DNA from: a virus
Taxonomy: Duplodnaviria; Caudoviricetes
Strand: one strand, 5' to 3'
Virus record (IMG/VR): IMGVR_UViG_3300032233_001770
Span: 1-27,372 of that record
Length of the DNA stretch: 27,372 bases
The stretch's first letter is position 1. Each line of letters starts with the position of its first letter. Below are positions 15,686-24,600 of this stretch, piece after piece. The translations under genes were made by a program, and so were the position numbers. The notes under the pieces are model-generated. The model was given only the letters and a program-made list of their open reading frames with translations, was not told where the DNA came from and ran no database searches.

Positions 15686-18600
15686 ACACTTTTGGAAGTG
15701 CTCCAGTATCTCTTAGACCAGTACCCCTTCTTTGGATTGTTGGGAAAGTTGATAATCCAACATCTATGGTATTACCAGAAACTCCTATTGAAATTGGGGA
15801 AGTTGACCTAGTAAATCCAGATAATCTGCCCCAAGAGAATTTGCCTACAGGATTTGATACATTTCCTGTGGTTGTAAGTCCAACTACAGAGGTATTTGAT
15901 TTTATGTTACAGGTAATAATTCCAGTAGTACCACTTGAAGAGAATTGGTGAATATAGTAAATATTATCTAGGAATGTGGAACCAACCCCGACAACTGCGG
16001 TATTTGAATTGTCAATAGAAGTTACTCCATTTCCAACACGAGTATCAAAAATATAAATTGGATATCCAGTTTGCAATCCAACATAAGATGAAGCATTTAA
16101 ATGGAATTTAAGTGCTAATGGATTTCCACCACTACCTACTGCCGTTGTAATGCCAGTAATAATTCCAGAGAATCCATTTACTAGAGAAATATTAGATATT
16201 AATTCAATCGACCCACTTGTTATGGTTGAAATTCCATTAACAATTAAACCATTGAACTGTCCGGGGGAATTATAATTAAAGAATTCCGCATTATCAACAA
16301 ATATTTCAGTATCTGTACTTGAGAATTTTTTAATAACTTTTGCAGTTGGATATACTAAAGATTCAATAGAATCTCTTGTTTTATATACATTTTCTCCATT
16401 GATTTTCCTATCAACTTTTTGTTTAATCCAGCTTAGAGGTTTGTAATTTTGCGTATCTACTCCCTGATCAGAGTACAAATTAGTTTCAAATTTATCTGAG
16501 AATGATAAATCAAATACTGTTCTTTTATTTTGTGTTTTTGTTCCAAAAATGCTATTATTTTTGAGTACTTGTACGGTATCTCCTCTTTTTATAGTTTCAT
16601 TTATATCTGTAATCAATATACTATCATCACCTGCGGTTCCCCTATAAAAGAATATTGCAACATTATCTTCTGGTTTTGGTGCCGTTGTGAATACAAAAGA
16701 TGTTCCGCCATCAAATTGATATGCTACTTCTGGGTCTTGTATTACACCATTTATAACAATTAATAACGCATTAGAAAGATTTACTTGGGAACCCTCAGCA
16801 ATCTCAAAACTAAGCAATTCTGAATTGTAGAATAATGGGAATCTTGTCCTAATACCATCTTGATAATTTTTGACGGAATCAATATAATTAAATTCTCCAA
16901 ATTGCCAGGCAGCAAAAGAATCTGTAAATGTATCAATAACAGTTAATTTAAAATCTGATAATGGGGATGCTAATCTAGAATCTGTAACTAATCCAACTGG
17001 TTTAAATACATCTCCACGTTGGAATGAATATCCTTGTCTAGAAATATTGAATTTAGTCACTCCAAAATAGGTTGATCCTATTCCAGCAGTGGAAGTTACA
17101 CCAACTTCAACATTCAATAATAATCCAACCCCAGTTTTTGTCGTTGCACCTACACCCAATCTAGATACTCCAGTAACTGTGAGATTTTCATAAGAAGGTT
17201 CGGATACGAATATTTTGGGATTTGTATATCCCGTACCACCAGTACCCACATTAAATGATAGTTTTCCACCAGCACCTATAGATGCTGTTATTACTGCTGG
17301 AGTTCCATTGTGACCACTTTCATATACTGATACTCCTATAGAGACAATGCCATTATATCCGGATCCACGATTATCAGTAGTTCCTAATCCAACAGATACA
17401 ATACTACCACCAGCACCAACTACAGCGGTTACTGCTGCCCCAACAAGAGGTGCATACCCTAATCCAGTAGATGAACCCAAGGAAATAATTATTCCACCTC
17501 TAGGAGTTTGATTTTGATTCACATCAAATTGAGAAGTAAAGATATCTAAAGTATTTGCTGATGTAATACCAGAAAATACTACACTACTTATTCCCAAGGT
17601 AGAATTTTCAATAATTTTAAAATTATTTTTAGGATTATTGGAAGTTGTTGGTGTTTGGAAAACACTGTTTATGAATAAAATACCATTTCCACCAGTAGAT
17701 CCTAATCCAACTGTATTTGCCCCACCAACGGTCAATGTAAAAGTTCTACCAATTCCTGTAAATTGATTAGAAATATCATCATATATTTGATTTGTTGTAT
17801 AATCATTTCTTAAAAATACTCTGCCAGTAAAATCAGAAGTTTCAAATACTAAATTGCTAGAATCTCTTTCTATTTGTGGATTTCCTCTCGGAGATTCGGC
17901 AAAGAAAATTTTATTACCAACAATATTATAAGAACCTTTATAAACTCTTGCTGTTGTGGAATCAGTATGTGATGTTGCAGATGAACCAACGAATCCTCTA
18001 GAAACTTCAACTAAAGAAATTGCCCCACTATTTGTTATAGGTCCAATATTGGTTGTTCCCAACCCAACACTAATAATTCCCATATATTCATTATCAATTT
18101 TAAGAATATCTTTTGGTTTTATTGTGGATATTCCACTTAAAGCAAATAAAGTAGATTCAGTACTAATTTGTCCACCATTTCCGGATAAAGTGTGTGATAT
18201 TGGTGTGAATAATAGTGGGTATTGTACCAAATTATCAATAGTGATAATTGCTTTTTCATTCCTCTTAAACATTGCAAGTTCATGGGCATTACCTTCTCCA
18301 ACAGAGGTAAATGTTACGCCAATTCCACTCTGAGCATTATTTTTGGTTGTTGCCAATTTAAATGTATTGTTATCAATTTTAATTGCAAAAACTGTAGAAG
18401 GCAAAACATTAGTTGGACTAATCATCATTGCAGTAGAACCAATTCCCAAAAATGTTGATTTGGGAGTATAAATTAATTGCTCAGTATTGCTAAAAAAGTG
18501 ATTTGGTATTGTAAATATGCCAGTGGCACGATTTAATTGTAAAGTATTGGATGGATCAAATGTTTTTGCAAAAATTGGATATCCATTAGAAGTTAAATCA

Positions 18601-21600
18601 AACTGGGTTCTATTAACTCTATCTCCGTTAACTGAATTATAGAAATTAACTTCGACAGATTCACTTACATTTCCGTATGTAAGATTTGGTGGAATATTTA
18701 CATCATCTAAAAGTGTATATAAACATTGACTATATGATAAAATATTAATCGTAGATGTTATTGATGAATCTGGGTAGAATTTTAATATAAAATTATTTCC
18801 AGAATATTCTCCACCAAAAGTTCCAATTCCAGTAGTACTTCCAACAGAAAGAAATGGTGACTGCTGAATATAAACATTATTAACATCTTGCACCAACATA
18901 ATTTGATGAAGAGCACTAGTTGACCCAACACTAACTTTAATTAACGATTTAACTGCGTTAAAATCAGTTTTGTTCAGTGATATTAATGATGTAGATGCCG
19001 CAGAGACAGTGGACGTATAATTTGATTGATATATTGCGGTCCTCTCATAACCACTTAATTGTCCAGGCAACTTAAATCTATATGTTCCAGTACCAACAGC
19101 CGTTGTACCAAATCCAACAATTTTTGACCTAACACTAGTACTGTTAGTAGAGTCGTTGGTATAATTTAAAGATAATATACCAGAAGAAATATTAGCACTA
19201 AACGATCCTATAAAGTTTCCAGAATAATTATTGGATTGATATTCTGAATCAAAATAATATTCAGAAATATAAGTATCTGTGCCGTCATGATTCAAATATA
19301 TTTCAACAAAATTCATTTGATTTGTTGATGAATCAATTACTTGAATATTTGTATATAATGAACTAAATTTATTAGAATTTACTGATATAATCGAAGTTGT
19401 TATTCCGGATGGTGTAATTATATTAGATCCAGATAAATTAATAAATCCAATAGAAGTGGTTCCAATTCCGGGTGAGGTGGAATTGAATTCATTCTTAATT
19501 AATTTTAAGTCATAATCAACATTATATGGATCGTTAGGTGTGAATTTAAGATTATTATTTCCAAATTCATCTTCGACTATGGAAAATTGTCCAATTTCTT
19601 CTCCAGAAATATGAGTAAGACCTACTCCAGTATTAACTACAGATCCTTTTTCTAATAAAAAGTTATTAAAACCATTGTTTAATAAAATTAATTCTGTCAG
19701 TTGAATTTGAGAATTGTCAGAATTAGAAACTCTGAATAATAAATTATTATAAGATGCTCCAGTATCTAATTTGAGAATATTTAAAAATTCACTTGGTTGG
19801 CCATCCGAGTTAGAAAACTTCTTGCTTATGTCATCTATTCGCAAAACTACATTAGTTCTACATTCATTATAATCTGCTAATTTTTTATTTTTTAATTTTA
19901 AAAATTTGGAAGAATTTTCAATAGTATCAATATCTTTTACTAAATCAAAATTATAAATTGCATCTACTCTATTTTCTTCGATTATGTCCCTAATTATGGA
20001 TGTTGCATTTGATGAAGAAATTCCTAAAGTTGTAGTTGATGTAATTACAGTATCTGCAAAGTTCTTCAATCCACTGGTATGAAGTAAGCTATTAACGGGA
20101 GTCCTTAAATCTTGATAAGTAATAGGACTCTTTACTGTATATGATAAATTTTGATAGTAATCATTATTTGGAATTACTTGATTATCTTGATTTAATTTTC
20201 CAATATCATCTATCCATCCAATATCTTTTTTAAGAGAATAATCAACTGCAAATCTTCCCAAATTATCAGTGATTGCGTCTATAGTTGCTATATTACCCGA
20301 TTCCTTACCATTAATAATTTCTCCAATAGACAACTTATATGATCCAAATACCTTAATAAAGTTTTTATCATAGTCCGTGATAATCAAATCCCTTTGAATA
20401 TTGTCGGAAATAATTGTTTCTCCAATAAAAAATGGAGATGGTATCTGAATAACCTCAAATGATGGATAATCAGTACTTTTTATAATGTTACCAACTGAAT
20501 CTTGAATTGTTTTTGCTGTCCCAGTATTTGTTGTTAATCCAACATCACTGAGATTAAATACAACTTTATCAAGAGTTCCGGTAAAGTAATTACTAACCGT
20601 AAAGAACTGATATCCATAATCTTCCGAATTGAACCCAGAACCATCAGTACCAATTTTTTGAATACCTTCTACAAATACTTTATCACCAACATTAAATGGA
20701 TATGTTGAAAATCCAAGTATTGGTGTTGTTATAAAACAAGTAAAGATTCCACTGGAAGAAGACTCTACCTTTTGAATACTAATTCCATTTGTGTTATTTG
20801 TTGCAAATAGTTGTACTGTTGTTTCTGGAAGACCCTTTGGTTGTTGTGCAATATTTACTGAATAGATTGTGTTTGCAGATAACACTGCTTCCAAAATTCC
20901 ACTATCAATTTTTTCTCCAGTATCAGTATCTACAATTACAATTGATGGGACATCAGTATACCCTTTTCCACCATTAGTAACTGTAATACTTTGAATTGTA
21001 TTGGAATTTTTAATTGTGATTGAGGGTGATATGTATACGGTTGGTTGTAAAGTTTTATCTGAAGAATATTCAAATCCATCATTGATAATTCTTACATCTT
21101 TTGCATTACCTATAGTTGATGATTTTGCAACAATATATGCATCTTGACCCTCAGTAGAATTAGAACCCACAAATATTGGAAGTTTTTTGTATCCAGTTCC
21201 ACCAGAAACAATATTAATTTTATTAATGGGACCTTTTGCGGATATGGAATTTGTGGTATAAATCAAAGTATCACATTCACTTTGAGAATATGTCAACTTT
21301 TCTGGAACTTTAGTTAAAGAAATATTAAATGTTGTTAATCCAATACCTGAAATATTATAATCTGAGTTATAATAACTATCTACAAATAATATTTTAGAGT
21401 AATCACTTACTTCTACATCAGCGGTAATAATATCTCCAGATTTTTCTAAGTTATAATATAATTGTGTTGGTAAATTAGTATCATAATTAATAGTAAATAT
21501 AGCATTGGTTGAAACTCCAACAGTTCCCACACTAGATAAATTAAACCCAGAAGTAGATGCAGTAGAAACAAATTCATTCTTAAATTCTTGGTCATAATAA

Positions 21601-24600
21601 ATTTTAAAGTTATATCCAGATAAAGAAGAATCTGATAAATTAAATACTAGATTATTATTTTTAATTGATTGAATTTGTGGATTTATTAATGAAATACTCT
21701 GATTTTTTCCACCAGTAGATGCAATACTTACTGTAGTTGGTGGGACAGTATTAGCATCAATATAAGTATTTGACAGTTTGATACTATTATCATCAACTTT
21801 ATAGACGTAGTAAGATCCGGTTGATAGTCCAGATGCAATTAAATTTGCAGAATATAGAACTTTATCTCCAGTATTTAAATTGTGCGAATTTATTGTAATT
21901 GTACCAGTAGTTGTATTAATACCGGTGGAATTAAATCCAATAGGATTAATTAAAATATTTCCAGTAGTTATATCCCTTTTAACATAAACTGATGTTGAGG
22001 TTCCAATACCAACTGATAGATTTGGTTGAATATTTAAATTAATGGTATCCCCAGCAGTCAATCCATGATAAGTTGAAACTGAAACTATGGATTTAATTTT
22101 TTCAACTTTTCCAGTTTTTTGTGAATATGTACTTCTAAATGAATATTGGTCATTATTAGTACCATTTCCCCTAAAAAATACATCAGAAGAACTTGGAGTA
22201 GTTTTAATACCAATAGTATTTTTATTTTTATTTGTTACATATACAGTTTGTGGTAAATTGAATGTACTTCCGGATGATGAAGTTGAAATTGCAATAGGTG
22301 CCCCATTACTTGTAAAGATAACTTGCTGATTATTTGCAAATGGATGATTCTCAATATAAATTCCTTGTGTTGGAACATTTCTTGTAATAGTAGCACCACC
22401 AAATTGAAAAGTTATGGCATTTGTAACTCCACTTATAGTCCCAACACCAACAGATTGAGTTGGATTAAAATACACTGTATCATTAACTTTAGATTCAAAA
22501 TAATCAATATTCTGGGAAATTGTAAATGAATCTGGAATAAAGTTTATTTTTGTAGTTGCAGTATGAGATACTCCCGATGAACCTCTCTTTACTTTAAGTA
22601 TATTGAGATTTTTGAATACTTCTAATACTGATAATATTTCCGTACCAATTGCAATACTACTCCCAACAGATACTGATGCTGGAAGTTGTGTTACATATAT
22701 TTCGGTTGCTACTCCTACAGATGATGTTGGAATATCCTTTAAAACATTGGAATAATAAGAAGATACTCCTATTTGATAAGAATTATTTAATTTACTCAAA
22801 TTAGTGGAGAATCCAGAAATGACAACATAGTCATTATCTGATAAATTGTGATTCGGTAAGATAGTTACTTTTACTTCTTGCTCATTGTTCCAAGTAAAAA
22901 TTGCATTATTATAATTTTGAACAGAAGTGATAAGTTCAACAATATCCTTTCCTTCTATAGAGGATACTTTTGCAATTACTCCACCACCTTCTGTGTCAGT
23001 ACTATCAAAATTTAATACATCATTTATCTTATAATTTGAACCAGGATTAATAATATTAAAGTTATTAATATATCCTGTCGATACAGATTCGATAATAGAT
23101 TTTTGTCTTGTAATTTCATTGGTTTCAATTATAAAATCATTACTAGCATAATTATCGGATACTTTATATGGAAAGGTATTCCTAAGTAAATTGGAATTAT
23201 TAAAATCAAATGATTGATTAAGGGTAGAATTTTCTTCTAAAGTATTAGATCTATACTTATTTCCGATGAAATATGGAAATTGTGGTTCTAAAGATCCAGA
23301 TTGCAGTGATGCAAAATATGCATAGACTCCATTTGGAAATTCTGGAGTTTTTGCAAATCTTCCATTATTTTCATCCAAATCACCAGAATTTGTATACTCA
23401 TAATCTTCTACAAAAAAACCATTAGAAAAACCAACAGGTCTATCAGTAATATTAGATGGATTTAGTGCATATCCAGAAGTCAAAAGTTTAGGAGAAGAAT
23501 TAGTATCTTCTGGATCAGAATATCCATATGGCCCATATATTGGGTTTCCATCATATGCCCATCCAATTATGTTAGAAACACGTTGCTCATTTTCACCAAA
23601 TGATTCTCTTAATATATCAAAATAACCAGAGATGGAATATTGTAATTTATTTTGAGTTTCTGATAAAAGTTCATTTCCAAATCTAAACTTATTATTAACT
23701 GTCAAAGGTCTAATTTTAACATCAAAAACTGCATTGGACCCAGATGATTTTACTTTAATTGAAGTTGATGCACTTGAGTATCCAATACCAGCATTTACAA
23801 CTTTAACATCTGTAATTTTTCCATCAACAATGATTGGTCTTAATTCTGCTCCAGATCCTATCTCTGTTGAATCGACTACAATTAAATCCGGAGTTGAATA
23901 ATATTCCAGTCCACCATACTGAATATTTACGGAATCAATAGTGCCATTTATAATAATTGGTTTTAATTGTGCTTCCTTACCATTTTTAATACTTATCAGT
24001 GGTTTTTTTTCAAGATTTAAAATAGTTGATCCATAACCAGTTCCAGTTTCATATAGGTAAGCATCAATAATAGAACCCCTAACTTTGGGAGTTGCTATAA
24101 GTGTTTGATATTCTTGAGTTGCTGTACCAAAACCAACTGAAGTGTATTGTATAGAAACTGAGATATCTGGATAACTGAAATACTGATATCCAGATCCAAT
24201 AGAAGAAAACTTAGTGTAATTTTCTCTACTATAATTTGAAGTATCTGTGCCACCAATTCCAGCATCACATAATCTGAAAGAATCATTATCAATGTTTAAA
24301 ATATAATATTGTGATAATGTAGAGATTCCTATTGCAGATGTCTGGTAATTATAAGTTACTAACTCTCCAGTATTAAATCCATGATTTTTAAAATTAATTG
24401 TATGATTTATTGTAGATATTCCTGTTGGATTTACAATCAATTTCCTATTAGTGTATCCATTACCCCCATTAATAACTTTAATTTCTGATATTGTATTTTT
24501 ATTTGAAGCAGTTCTGAATTTATGAATCCCTAAAGTATTATCTACATTAAATCCTATGGTATTAATACCTGTCAAATAATCAGAACTTGATGGGTATAAT

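Noticed and set aside
24003-24010. A8 run (GAA AAA AAA) in gp7 as a possible frameshift or slippage site
   Set aside because: Such runs are expected in AT-rich Lys/Glu codons; no evident stimulatory structure, and gp7 is intact.
24095-24292. 65-aa minus-strand ORF in an alternative frame inside gp7
   Set aside because: It is fully nested in gp7, has no recognisable motif, and its length is within chance expectation.
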